This document shows positions 1 through 10,500 of a stretch of DNA of 64,000 nucleotides, piece by piece. Under the pieces are notes generated by a model, which was not told the origin of the DNA, ran no database searches, and was given only the letters and a program-made list of their open reading frames with translations. Position 1 is the first letter of the stretch; each line of letters begins with the position of its first letter. The stretch is from contig JBFMGO010000018.1 of the NCBI GenBank assembly GCA_040752695.1, positions 804-64,803 on the forward strand, in the 5' to 3' direction. The DNA comes from a bacterium. Its GTDB lineage: Bacteria; SZUA-182; DTGQ01. Both the position numbers and the translations under genes were made by a program.

Positions 1-1100
1 TATCCATCAGGATTCAGAGACCTCAAGTAAGCCCAGCTATTATCGAGGCCATGTGTGGTGTTTCATAGCCTTGGTCGTGGAGCGTGCTCAAAAATGCTTT
101 GCTGTTCCCCTCTTGGGAGAATTAGACAGAGATGAAGTCAACAAAAAAGATGGCCATAGTAAGGCAACTCGGATTGTCTACCAAGCCATCCGCATTGCTG
201 AGAAGATGAATTGTCCCTGCTATCTGAATCTGGACAGCTATTTTGCTGTTGGTCCTGTGTTTTTGCTGGCAGCAGGGACTTACAGTGTCGTGGCTAGAGC
301 TCCCTGGGTACACATTATCACTCATGCCAAGAAAAACACCGTGGCTTATATGGACCCTGAACCTACTCCCCCTGGCAAAAGAGGGCCAAAGAAAAAATAT
401 GGGAAAAAGCTCACCCTGAACAATCTCTTTACAGAAAGAGCCAGTGAGTTTGTAGAGACAACTTGTTGTGTTTATGGCGATACCGAGCTGGTAAAGATTC
501 TGTGTCTTGATCTTTTTTGGAAGCCTATCAAGGGGAAGATCCGCTTTGTTCTGGCTATTACTTCCAGAGGCCCTATTGTTCTGATGTGCTCGGATCTGGC
601 CTTATCGGCAGTTCAGGTGCTGGAACTGTATTGTCGAAGAGCTTCCATCGAGAATATGTTCTGGGTACTGAAAAATCTCATTGGCGGATTAGCTTACCAT
701 TTCTGGTCTAAGCTGATAGAAAAAAAGAGTAGACGCCCCCAGAAGAATAAAGGCTCACATTCTTCTGCTCAAAAAGTTCCTGTGACGGCGGTAGAAGACA
801 AGTTGAGAGCTATCGAAGGGTTTGTGAATTTATCCGGTATCCTGATAGGAATACTTCAAATCCTGGCTCTTCAATTCCCAGAACAAATCTGGAAAGATAA
901 TCAACATTGGCTGAGAACCTTTAGCAACAAGGTTCCTTCTGAGTATATTGTCAAGGGGGTACTGACTCAAACCATCCTGGGGAATTTACACAAAGTCAAT
1001 GCTCATGCGATTTATGGTTTAATTCGTTCCAGACAATCTCAGCCTTGCGACTTTCAGCAACTTAAACGGGCTGCTTGAGATAAAACTTTTAACTGTCGAG
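1..1100 (+). mobile_element. Partial insertion sequence (right end only); right terminus roughly 1080-1100
   Basis: The transposase ORF ends at 1078. The oppositely oriented FG-GAP gene loses its repeat pattern exactly where it runs into the transposase 3' region. Confidence 0.45.
2..1078 (+). CDS. DDE transposase, IS4/IS5-type; 5' end runs off the window start
   Basis: The reading frame stays open back to base 2 with no stop. The C-terminal signature Y-x2-R-x3-E-x6-K (YCRRASIENMFWVLK) and the LDSYF motif match the DDE catalytic region of IS4/IS5-type transposases. Confidence 0.6.
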   Translation: MHQDSETSSKPSYYRGHVWCFIALVVERAQKCFAVPLLGELDRDEVNKKDGHSKATRIVYQAIRIAEKMNCPCYLNLDSYFAVGPVFLLAAGTYSVVARAPWVHIITHAKKNTVAYMDPEPTPPGKRGPKKKYGKKLTLNNLFTERASEFVETTCCVYGDTELVKILCLDLFWKPIKGKIRFVLAITSRGPIVLMCSDLALSAVQVLELYCRRASIENMFWVLKNLIGGLAYHFWSKLIEKKSRRPQKNKGSHSSAQKVPVTAVEDKLRAIEGFVNLSGILIGILQILALQFPEQIWKDNQHWLRTFSNKVPSEYIVKGVLTQTILGNLHKVNAHAIYGLIRSRQSQPCDFQQLKRAA

Positions 1101-1437
1101 TACTTAATCTGTTTGCAGTCACAAAATCAGGATAACCATCCTGGTTGAAATCTCCAAGAACAATTGATTGTGGCCTTTTACCTACCTCATATTTCACAGC
1201 ATCGGAAAAAGTACCATCCTTTTTATTCATAAAGATCGAAACTGTCATTTCTATTTCGTTTGTTACTGCCAGATCAGGGTATCCATCCTGATTGAGATCT
1301 CCAGCAACCATATAATTAAGATTATCACCTGTCGAATAATCAGTAGGAGCATCAAAAAGGGGTTCAAAAGCCTCAGCATTTATAACCGTCAATATACCGA
1401 AAATTATCATCAACGTAAGAATGGCCTTCTTCTTCAT
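1054..1437 (-). CDS. Secreted FG-GAP/VCBS repeat protein, apparently C-terminally truncated by the adjacent IS
   Basis: N-terminal signal peptide (MKKKAILTLMIIFGILTVINA). Two FG-GAP-like repeats (GDLNQDGYPDLAV, GDFNQDGYPDFV). RBS GGAGAAAGGA upstream of the ATG at 1437. The 3' end overlaps the transposase ORF. Confidence 0.55.
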   Translation of the reverse strand: MKKKAILTLMIIFGILTVINAEAFEPLFDAPTDYSTGDNLNYMVAGDLNQDGYPDLAVTNEIEMTVSIFMNKKDGTFSDAVKYEVGKRPQSIVLGDFNQDGYPDFVTANRLSTRQLKVLSQAARLSC

Positions 1438-2279
1438 GATCCTTTCTCCGTTACTGATAAACAATGTTTATCACTTTTCATAGTTAATATTAATATTGGG
1501 CGCTTTATAGCGGTTTGCACTTGACCGGACTACAAATGTGCCTTTGTGCTATTACCTGGAAAAGGCGACGGGCATGGCCACCCCCCTATTCACCGCTCAT
1601 CGGAGGTAATCAGAAAAGAGCCTCCTACTTCCTATTCATCTATGTATAAAAAATATACCAGCACGTAGATTTTTTCTCGAAATTATAAGTATTGTATTAC
1701 CTCCCAGTTCAAAAGAGTAAGAGCGAAATATCCAGCCAGGATCAAGCCGGCGTAAACTCTGACGGAAGAACTAAACAGTGAGCAAACCGATAGAGTATCA
1801 CTACTCAGGCTTTGGTGTTTTCCTCCTTTATGCTCCTTTCTGACTACCCCTGCTCTTTTCACCTGGGGTTATAATTAAGGCTTCTTCTCCTGTGGCCACA
1901 TTACTACTGGCTTCAGTGACCTGTGATATGACTCCATTCTTTCAAGAAACGTTCCATGTGCAAAAAAATGCATATTGAAGAAATCCGAAAAATGAAAAAC
2001 AGAAAGCACGAGAGGGCTCAAGAGCAGGAAGACGAACATGAGTGCACACGGGAAAAATTGAAGGAGTTTATTATGGAGACTATCATTTTGATCCCTCGGA
2101 TTTGCCTACCGAAAGAAAAAGAAAAAATACAGGTACTTATCCCTATGTTGTCCTTCTTACTAATATCCTTCCGGCAGGCTGGTAAAAATGTAATCGTCTA
2201 TTGATGAGGGGTGCCAGCCGACAGCTTCGCGAATGGCTGAAAGGGCTACTTCCAATTCTTTCGAGGAAGGCTCGCGTGT

Positions 2280-2514
2280 GGTCAGAAGCTGCACATCCTG
2301 GAGATGAGAAGAGTAAAAAAGATAGTACCTTGACCGGCTCTTTTTTGGAGAGAATAGCGAGGGCTTCATAAGCCAATCCCAGGAGCAGGAAGAAGACAAG
2401 AAAAATTCCCGCCGTAGGGCCGAAATGTTGGGCGAAAGCCTGGTAAGCACTTACCGGGATGATTAATTCGAGAGTAATATTGATAATTCTGTTTCCCATT
2501 ATGAACATGACCAT
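2280..2514 (-). CDS. Hypothetical small membrane protein
   Basis: Track ORF with two hydrophobic helices and no recognisable domain. The start is uncertain. Confidence 0.2.
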
Positions 2515-2840
2515 TCTTCTTTATGTTTACAGATCCACAGGAAGGACAATTCATTAGTGGCTCCTTTTTCAGAAATTTTATTACTTGGAAGCAACTCTAA
2601 TGAATTGTTGTTCACTTTGCTCACTTTATCCGGAAAAATTCTTACAGCATTACTTGTTTATCACTACTTGTACCCTTAAGGGGAATAGGAAAGGTGACCA
2701 GGCAAAAGTATCCCGGCCACTGAAGTGGACAACGGGCCTCTCATCCATAAAGCAGGATCAGAGGCATATCTTGGATTGTTCATTAGTATTGAACCAGAGC
2801 CGTACTACTGGCCCTGGCACTTCTGGTCCCTGGCCTTACT

Positions 2841-4274
2841 TCAGCTTTTTTCCAGAAATACCTTGTAGGCCTTGAAGGTTTCGTACAGGTCGGCCTTGCT
2901 GGCAATTTCGAAGGGGGAATGCATACCCAAAAGGGGTGGGCCGCAATCGACCATGTCCATGCCGTATTTAGCCTGGAATTTGGCTATGCTTCCGCCGCCG
3001 CCCTCATCTACTTTGCCCAGCTCTTTGGCCTGCCAGACCACACCGTTATCGTTGAAGAGTTTTCGGATTTCGCCCATGTACTCTGCGCTGGCATCGTTCG
3101 TACCGTATTTTCCTCTGGACCCGATATATTTGCAAAGATTTATTCCATAGCCGAGCTGGCAGGCATTGTGTTTTTCGAAGACTTCGGGGTAATTGGGATC
3201 GAATCCGGCATTTACATCCGCTGACAGGGCTTTGGAGCGAAACAGGATTTCGCGTATCAGGTGGTCCTCCGGTTTTATCCCGGCTTTTTGGAGCATCTGA
3301 CCGACCACCATCTCAAAGAAACGGGACTGAGCGCCGGTATTGCCGTCACTTCCGGTTTCTTCCTTATCCATGAAGAGGACCAAAGATGTATGCAGGGGAG
3401 GTTCTGCCTGGGCAAGAATGGCCTGCAACGAAGTGTAGGCGCAGATGCGGTCATCCTGTCCGTATCCGCCGACCATACTGCGATCGAGGCCGACACTTCG
3501 GGCAGGAAGGGCTGGAACCGCCTCTATTTCCGCGCTGATAAAGTCATCCTCGATTATGCCGTACTGCTGGTGCAAGAGGGTGAGGACATTCGACTTGATC
3601 CGTTCCTTTTCCTCATTTTGATTGCCTTTGGGGAGTGGCTGATGGCCAATCAGGATGGTCAGTTTTTCGCCCTCCACTGCATCTTTCAGTTTTTTCTCTT
3701 CCATGATTCTTTGGGACAGGTGCGGCAGAAGATCGCTGATCGTAAAGACCGGGTCCTCCGGGGCCTCCCCGATCCGGAATTCGATTTTGCTGCCGTCGCA
3801 GCGGACCACTACTCCATGGAGAGCCAGAGGGAGAGCCACCCAGTGGTACTTTTTTATTCCTCCATAGTAGTGGGTATGCAAAAGAGCCAGGCTTTGATCT
3901 TCGTAGAGGGGGTTAGGTTTCAGGTCGAGCCGCGGGGCATCGATGTGGGACACAATCAGACGTATTCCCCGACGGATATCTTCCCGGCCAAAACAGCAAA
4001 GGGCAACGTTCTTATCGCGATTACCCTGGTACCATTTTTGCCCGGCCTCCTGCTCCTTTAAAGAGACGTCCTTGAAACCCTGCTCTCTGGCCTGCCTCAG
4101 GATCTCCTGAGCTGCTTCTCTTTCCGTTTTCGCGATATTCAAAAAGTCGATATACTGCTGGGCAAAAGATGATACCCGCTCCTGGTCCTGCTCGGTAAGG
4201 AGATCCCAGGCTATCTTCCCCTTTGATTTTAATTTTTGGAGTAAATCATCCTGTCCCTTTATTTCATCACTCAT
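2841..4274 (-). CDS. M18-family aminopeptidase (aspartyl aminopeptidase-like zinc metallopeptidase)
   Basis: About 478 aa with M18 hallmarks (LIVSHIDAP..., FMDKEETGSDG, GGGGSIA, HSP[F]E). Start at the internal ATG (MSDEIKGQ), which has a GGAGGA RBS. Confidence 0.8.
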   Translation of the reverse strand: MSDEIKGQDDLLQKLKSKGKIAWDLLTEQDQERVSSFAQQYIDFLNIAKTEREAAQEILRQAREQGFKDVSLKEQEAGQKWYQGNRDKNVALCCFGREDIRRGIRLIVSHIDAPRLDLKPNPLYEDQSLALLHTHYYGGIKKYHWVALPLALHGVVVRCDGSKIEFRIGEAPEDPVFTISDLLPHLSQRIMEEKKLKDAVEGEKLTILIGHQPLPKGNQNEEKERIKSNVLTLLHQQYGIIEDDFISAEIEAVPALPARSVGLDRSMVGGYGQDDRICAYTSLQAILAQAEPPLHTSLVLFMDKEETGSDGNTGAQSRFFEMVVGQMLQKAGIKPEDHLIREILFRSKALSADVNAGFDPNYPEVFEKHNACQLGYGINLCKYIGSRGKYGTNDASAEYMGEIRKLFNDNGVVWQAKELGKVDEGGGGSIAKFQAKYGMDMVDCGPPLLGMHSPFEIASKADLYETFKAYKVFLEKS

Positions 4275-4686
4275 ATTGCAGCGTTTCCTCCTTAAGCCCT
4301 CTTCCCTCATCACGAGCTTGTGGCTTTCCCTTGCATGGAACACCTTGCGTGATTCATTGCCTTATTGAAGCCTTATCGAAATGTTTTGGTTTTACATCTC
4401 CGGAATCATCCATCGAAACCGCCCCGTTCCCGGAAAGCCCCCCTAACTGTATGTGTCACCTGAGATATCATCTTGAAAAATAAGGAAGAACATACTTATC
4501 CACTTTAAGGAGAAACAATCGCTCTCAAGGATGAAGAGCAGAAGTGGTATTTCTTCGAGGTAAAAAACGGTCTGAATTTTTGAGGTTAGAGATATAGGTA
4601 TTTGATTAAGGAGCCAAAGATTAACCCCAATAATTTTACCATATGATGAAACAAGGCTTAAAAATAGTTGCCGGCCTGGTCAGACC

Positions 4687-6174
4687 CTATATTTTTTTGC
4701 CCCATTTTTCCTCTAGTTTCGCCTTCAGGATGACTCCTAAAGAACCCAGTTGCGGTTCCTCTTTCGTTTTCTTTCCATTGGAAGGGATATACTCCTGGAC
4801 ATTCTTTTTTTCCGTTGTCTCCATTGCTGACTTTCGGCTCAGCCGGACTTTCTCGTTCTCCCGGTCTATACCCACAACCACCACGCTCATGGATGTTCCA
4901 GTCTTAAACATCTGGCTGTGTTTCGCTCCCTTGGAAGTTCCCATTTCTTCGTTGGGAACAAGACCGGTAAGCCCGCTGGGTAATTTGACAAAAACGCCGT
5001 ATGGTTTGACCGATTCAACGGTTCCTTCCAGAAGATCGCCCTCTTTAAATCCGAGCTCTCCGTTTTTAAACGGATTTACACGCTCTGGCTCCATAGTCAG
5101 GGAGATTCTCCGGCCCTGCTCATCTACCTTGAGAATACGCACGTCTATCTTCTGGCCGATCTCAACGACCTCTTTGGGATGCTTGACATGCTGCTCAACA
5201 TTCAAATTGGAAATATGCACAAGGCCGTCCACACCAGGCTCAAGCTCGACAAAGGCTCCGAACTCGGTCAGCCGCACTACGGTTCCCTGGAGCCATGTTC
5301 CTTCCTGGTACCTTTGACTGACGGTTAACCAGGGATCGGCCTGCGTGTGCTTCAAGGTAAGAGAGATCCTTTGCTTATCCCAATCGATGGAAGTGATCTT
5401 GGCCTGAACCCTTTGGCCGACCTTGAGTACCTCGGAAGGATTCTCAATCCTGCCCCAGCTCATCTCGGACACGGGAATCAGCCCGTCCAAACCTCCCAGA
5501 TCAACAAAAGCGCCGAAATTTTGAATAGAGCGCACCTGCCCTGAAATTTCCAGGCCAACCTGCAGGGTCTCCTTGAGATTGGCGATTTTCTTCTCCTGCT
5601 CTTCTTCCAGAATCTCGCGTCTGGTCAGGATAATGTTTCTGCCGCCTTCTTTGTATTCAAGGATGTGGAACGAAAGACGTTTTCCAATGTACTTGGAAAT
5701 ATTGCCTCCTCTGCGCAGCTCTATGTGAGAGGAAGGACAAAAGGCCCGCACTCCCGAAATCTTCACTTCGAGTCCGCCTTTAATCTCGCCCATGACGTAC
5801 CCTTCTACAGGGATGTGACTTTTGAAGGCATCCTCAAGCTGCTTCTTGTTCGCCTTGGCTCCTCCGACCTTGGTGGTGAGAACAATCTCCCCCTCTTGCA
5901 GGTAAAGGAATTGGGCCTCAATCTCTTCGCCCTCGGCGACCTTGATCTGGCCTTGCTCATCTTCCAACTCACTCCGGGCAATAACTCCTTCACTCTTGCC
6001 CCCACCAAGATCAACGAAAATCCACTCGTCAGAAATCCGGGCAATCTTGCCTCTTATTTTCTGACCCTGTGAATATTTCTTGGGCTTGGTGTTGCTCTTT
6101 TCCAGGAGCTCGGCCATGCTCTCCTCGCTCCCTTCATTGATAGTACCTTCTTGAATTTTTTCTGCTTCGCTCAT
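4687..6174 (-). CDS. S1 RNA-binding domain protein (ribosomal protein S1-like, 4-5 tandem S1 domains)
   Basis: Repeated S1-domain motifs (G.V....FGAFV.L..G..GL.H.S...). Acidic N-terminus. 495 aa. Confidence 0.75.
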   Translation of the reverse strand: MSEAEKIQEGTINEGSEESMAELLEKSNTKPKKYSQGQKIRGKIARISDEWIFVDLGGGKSEGVIARSELEDEQGQIKVAEGEEIEAQFLYLQEGEIVLTTKVGGAKANKKQLEDAFKSHIPVEGYVMGEIKGGLEVKISGVRAFCPSSHIELRRGGNISKYIGKRLSFHILEYKEGGRNIILTRREILEEEQEKKIANLKETLQVGLEISGQVRSIQNFGAFVDLGGLDGLIPVSEMSWGRIENPSEVLKVGQRVQAKITSIDWDKQRISLTLKHTQADPWLTVSQRYQEGTWLQGTVVRLTEFGAFVELEPGVDGLVHISNLNVEQHVKHPKEVVEIGQKIDVRILKVDEQGRRISLTMEPERVNPFKNGELGFKEGDLLEGTVESVKPYGVFVKLPSGLTGLVPNEEMGTSKGAKHSQMFKTGTSMSVVVVGIDRENEKVRLSRKSAMETTEKKNVQEYIPSNGKKTKEEPQLGSLGVILKAKLEEKWGKKI

Positions 6175-6706
6175 AATTAAGTTTAAACCTCCGAAACGTA
6201 TATATGATTATCCTTCTCCTGACATACAGACTTTAGCCATTTTACTGAATTCATCGTCTTTAAAACGATTGAGGCTCGGAATAATCTTTAGACACGGTAA
6301 CTTCCAGATATGGAAATCCCATAAATTCAGCTCTCATACCTCAAGGCCCATGACATCTGGAAAGGATAGTCAATAGAGGGCTATGATATTCCTAGCTTTT
6401 CATTGTTAGACAAAGGGTAAAGTGCAATCTCCTAAGGATACCATTATAAGACGAATAATGCAACAGGGGTTATTGAATTCGCCTCTTTGATAATGAATCC
6501 CAAGAGAAGCCATCCTAAAGCCGATAATATGATTTTAATTCTCTATCTTTTCACAATCATAAAAAATTTGTCAAGGGAAATATGCACCAAAATCATCTCG
6601 AATTCAAAAAAACTCTTACAGATAAGATCGTAAGAGACTCTTCCCACAATCCCACAGCACTATCCCCCATCCTGTCTTCAGTATCACGTCTTCAGCATTC
6701 TGTTTT

Positions 6707-7696
6707 TCAGTAACCTGAGTCAAACAGTTTCAGCCGGATCTTCTTGAATTCCCTGACCGTAGGCAGGATCTTATAGTCCACGGGTTTTATCAGGCCGTGG
6801 AGTTCTGCAACGGTTTTTCTGGCTTCCTCCTCGCTTCGGGCATGGAGCATGGTAAAAAGAGGGTAGGTCCAGTCACCGGCGACTGCTCTTTGATAACAAT
6901 GGCTGATGAGAGGATTCCGAGCAGCCAGTTCCCCGGCTGCATCAATCTCTTCTACCTGCCAGGCGACCATCCAGTTTACGGTGAAGCCGGCATTATGGTG
7001 GCGGAGGATGGCAGCGATTCTGCGAATGATGCCAAGCTTTTTCCATGCATCGACTTTTTCGATCAGGCTCTGCTCATCTGCCCCGCCCCACTGTTCTGAT
7101 ATAATCCTGAAGGGCTCGGGAACAAGTGGCCAGTCCTCCTGGAGGATACGGATCAGGCTCTTTTCCTCGTCGGTGACGGAATAAACCCGGTCATCCGATG
7201 GTGATGGACCCGCAGGACCCTTGGCCTGCCCTGCCGAAGCTAAAGGCAAAACCAGGCTGATCTTGTACGTTTTCACAACAGGCAGGTTAATCCACTTCTT
7301 TGCCCCGCTGGTCCGGGCAAGCCTCTCAAGATGGGCCTTTATGCTCTCGTGCGCAGGAGTGGCCAGCGTAAACCAGAGGTTATACGTATGGTCGCGCTGA
7401 TAGTTGTGCGTTACACCGGGGTGCTGGTTGATGATACCGGCTGCTTCAGCCACCCTGTCAGCAGGGAGGCTGAAGGCGGCCAGCGTGCTCTGATAACCCA
7501 GGGCATGGGTGGAAAATATGGCTCCCAGCCAGCGGACCAGGCCCTGATCCTTCCAGGCGCGCAGATGGGCAAGGACCCCGGCTTCCTCCATCCGACATTG
7601 CCTGCCCACATGTTCAAAGGGGTGGGAAACGGCAGGCAGACCTGCCTGCACGGAGTGCAATAAACTTCGCTCTTCAGTGGTTAGGTTATTGTTCAT
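6707..7696 (-). CDS. Siroheme decarboxylase (fused AhbA/AhbB or NirD/NirL type)
   Basis: Two tandem Lrp/AsnC-like domains (SLLHSVQAGLP... and a second half SLIRILQEDWP...), typical of the AhbAB/NirDLGH family. Start at MNNNLTTEER with a GAAGGAG RBS. Confidence 0.65.
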   Translation of the reverse strand: MNNNLTTEERSLLHSVQAGLPAVSHPFEHVGRQCRMEEAGVLAHLRAWKDQGLVRWLGAIFSTHALGYQSTLAAFSLPADRVAEAAGIINQHPGVTHNYQRDHTYNLWFTLATPAHESIKAHLERLARTSGAKKWINLPVVKTYKISLVLPLASAGQAKGPAGPSPSDDRVYSVTDEEKSLIRILQEDWPLVPEPFRIISEQWGGADEQSLIEKVDAWKKLGIIRRIAAILRHHNAGFTVNWMVAWQVEEIDAAGELAARNPLISHCYQRAVAGDWTYPLFTMLHARSEEEARKTVAELHGLIKPVDYKILPTVREFKKIRLKLFDSGY

Positions 7697-8180
7697 GCTC
7701 TTGTGTGCTCCTTCATCTTTTCCCCGAGCAGGAAAGCGGTAATGCTTCTTTCGCATGCTTTGGCTTCTGCACATCGGTTATTCTTATGATTATTCACTTT
7801 GGCTATTATACACTATCGCCTGCTTGAAATGACAATTTTGTTATTGAATGACAAAATGGGAGTCAAGGTAAAGACATTTTTATCGTCAACGGACACGATA
7901 TCCATAGCCTCCTCTCTTATCAAAATAAGATATCCTTATATCTATCAAGATAAGATACACAATACAGTAACGAGAGTTATATCTCTTTGCCGCCAATAGT
8001 GCTTAACTCACATAGTCATAGAGTACGATTTATGCACTATGATATATTCCGAGTAATGATTATGGGCTTTTCGATGCAGGATAGCCATCGCTTTTTCACT
8101 TCGCTTTATCATTCTCTCATATGGCCGTGCACAGGCAAAATTTTTCCTGAAGCCGGCAGCAGCGGGAAGGAGGTTCCCCC

Positions 8181-9164
8181 GTGAAGAGCAATAAATCCCT
8201 ATACGCAGTAATCATGTCAGTGTTATTAATCGCAGCTTGGGGAGGATGTCAGGCTCATGAGGATTCAGGCTCATCGGTGAATGCAGATTTGTCATCGGCT
8301 GATCCAGGAGGGGAGTATAGGGAAGAGGATTCAGACACAACAGAAAGTTCCTTCGGCTTTCTCGATCTGGGCATAACCGATACCCCGGTTGATGAATTGT
8401 CCGCTATCGTTGTTCAGTTTACGGGAGTGGAAATACAGACTGAGGGAGGGAATCGGCTGCAATTCAATTTCGAAAAGCCACGGCAGATTGACCTTCTCGC
8501 TCTTCACGGAAGTGACAGCGACCTTCTGTTGGACCATCAGAAGTTACCTGCCGGCCGTTATAACTGGATAAGGCTGAACGTAACCGAAGACGGTGTGAAC
8601 GGCCCTGGTTCCTATGTCAGTCTGCCTGATGGGACAGCGCATCCACTGGTGATTCCAAGTGGAGATCAGAGCGGCCTGAAATTGAATAACGGCTTCAATG
8701 TGGCGGCAGGCGATACTGCATCGTTTACCATCGAGTTTAACCTGCGTAAGTCAGTGCACAGGCCATCTCCGCCATCAAGCGGGAAATACAGGCTCAGGCC
8801 GACCCTGCGCCTCGTTGATAATATCGAAGCAGGCAGCGTTGCAGGCTCCATCGACCCTGCTCTCATCTACGACCCCTATGGCCCGGCCTGTGCAATTTAC
8901 ATTTTTGAAGGCAGAGACATAACTCCTCACGATATGAACGGCACAGCTTCTTCTCCGCTTACCACCGCCGTGATCGAACTGAACCCCGATACCGGTGAGT
9001 ATACCTACAGGGCCGGTTTTCTCGTGACGGGAGACTATACCCTGGCCTTTACCTGCCAGGCCGCAGACGATGACCCCGAAACGGATGATTCGATCAATTT
9101 TGGTGAAACCGCCAATGTGGCAGTTCTGGCTGGAGCGGAAACCACCTATGATTTCCTGCCCTAA
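8181..9164 (+). CDS. Predicted lipoprotein (DUF4382-like)
   Basis: GTG start with a GGAAGGAGG RBS. Signal peptide plus lipobox (LLIAAWGGC). Remainder is acidic and Gly-rich. Confidence 0.55.
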   Translation: MKSNKSLYAVIMSVLLIAAWGGCQAHEDSGSSVNADLSSADPGGEYREEDSDTTESSFGFLDLGITDTPVDELSAIVVQFTGVEIQTEGGNRLQFNFEKPRQIDLLALHGSDSDLLLDHQKLPAGRYNWIRLNVTEDGVNGPGSYVSLPDGTAHPLVIPSGDQSGLKLNNGFNVAAGDTASFTIEFNLRKSVHRPSPPSSGKYRLRPTLRLVDNIEAGSVAGSIDPALIYDPYGPACAIYIFEGRDITPHDMNGTASSPLTTAVIELNPDTGEYTYRAGFLVTGDYTLAFTCQAADDDPETDDSINFGETANVAVLAGAETTYDFLP

Positions 9165-9170
9165 GGAGCA

Positions 9171-9216
9171 TCTCTTGAAGAGAAGGCGTTCTTGTATGTA
9201 CAAGAACGCCTTCTTG
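9171..9216. terminator. Perfect palindromic hairpin between convergent genes (aaggcgttcttgtaCAtgtacaagaacgcctt)
   Basis: 14-bp perfect inverted repeat immediately after the 8181..9164 stop and 3' of the minus-strand gene ending at 9437. Confidence 0.5.
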
Positions 9217-9436
9217 TACATACTGTACCTCTATACTTTCACACTTTTCGTCACATTCCCGTGAAATAGGTAAACTCTCTGGCATTTTTTGCCATGAGGG
9301 GTATCCTCTCCTCGCTTGCGGGCAATACTTCCAGGCTAACCCGAAAAAACCGGTTCTGTCCGCATCATCATTACAAATCCTGGTGAAAAGCATAGAGGAG
9401 CGAGGAGAGGATCGAGGTGCTCGTGCGCTCAGTCCG

Positions 9437-9871
9437 TCAGATTCCAAGAGCCAGCAGGGTGGTGGTGGAAGTGCTGCTTCCCGTAAGGAGAAGCGCAGTA
9501 GCTAAACCGATACCGGTAGAACTCGTAGAGTAGGTCGGAGTGGAGTAGGTCGGTGTCGAAGTGACAGTAGGAAATAATGAAGTAGTGTATGTAGGATAGG
9601 TTGTATAGGTTGGATAGGTGCTCGTGTACAAAGTGCTGGTGGAGGTGGGAAGTACTCCCAGGAGGGCGAGTGTGGTCAGCAGTGCCTGAGCACTCCGGTA
9701 AGGAGCGATCTGTGCAGAATCGAAATAGGGAGGAAAGTATCCAAAGGGAACGTAACCATAGGTATAATATGGATCGAAATAATTGTAGTAGGCCTCCGAT
9801 GAGGACGCTGAAAACAATAAAAACATAAACATGCAAAAACACAGCGCGGCTGCCATAAGCTTAGCTCTCAT
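9437..9871 (-). CDS. Secreted Tyr-rich / Ser-Thr-rich low-complexity protein
   Basis: Signal peptide. Tyr-rich block (YYNYFDPYYTYGYVPFGYFPPYF) then PTYTT/STPTYS repeats. AAGGA RBS before the ATG. Confidence 0.4.
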   Translation of the reverse strand: MRAKLMAAALCFCMFMFLLFSASSSEAYYNYFDPYYTYGYVPFGYFPPYFDSAQIAPYRSAQALLTTLALLGVLPTSTSTLYTSTYPTYTTYPTYTTSLFPTVTSTPTYSTPTYSTSSTGIGLATALLLTGSSTSTTTLLALGI

Positions 9872-10337
9872 TGCTTTTTCCTTTCATGATTTTGAGGTTA
9901 TTCAATTACTCCTGGCCAGATCCATCTGTTTTTCATAAACCCGGTCATGCTTACTATGCCATGCTTACTATACCCTGAGATAGTAATTTCGTTTCTCACC
10001 CCCTTTGAATGATAAGCAGCACACCTTTTTGAAAAGTCATCAGGGAGACAATCCGAGGCGGAGAATTGCTCACTAAAGGCAGGCATAATCCGACAAACCA
10101 TACCTGCTCACTATGAATTCTGCAATGCTCATTTTGTACTAAATCGAAACATTTTCTCATTAAGTATCAATTGTGAAAAGATCTTTGAGACAAGTCGTTC
10201 GCCTGACAAGCTGGTAAAAAGGCTGGGTACCCTGACCTGCTATATCATAAGGGTCAAAAGGCTCACTCTGCACATTTTTATACTGTTATAAAATATGCAA
10301 TAAACGTACCAGGGAGTTCACCATAATACGTCTCAAC

Positions 10338-10381
10338 AAAGGGGGCCGCAAGGGTAATTACCCTTGCGGCCCCCTTTGTTT
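10338..10381. terminator. Rho-independent terminator, bidirectional hairpin downstream of fdhB
   Basis: The perfect GC-rich inverted repeat aaagggggccgcaaggg-taatta-cccttgcggccccctttg is flanked by T-runs on both strands, about 115 nt past the fdhB stop. Confidence 0.7.
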
Positions 10382-10423
10382 TTCGTTACCTCAAAGGTCA
10401 GGATTCTCCGCTTCCTGCCCGGT

Positions 10424-10500
10424 TTTTCATTTTTCCTGTTACTTTCCCATCTTCCCTGTTACTTTCCCATTTTTCCTGATACTTTTCCATCTTTCCTAAT
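10424..10500. repeat. Degenerate ~20-nt tandem repeat (cctgttactttcccatcttc) x ~4
   Basis: Visible directly in the sequence between the terminator and the fdhB 3' end. Confidence 0.6.

Noticed and set aside
3261-4061. 266-aa plus-strand ORF
   Set aside because: It lies entirely antisense within the well-supported M18 aminopeptidase gene. It has no RBS and a low-complexity translation, so it is a shadow ORF.
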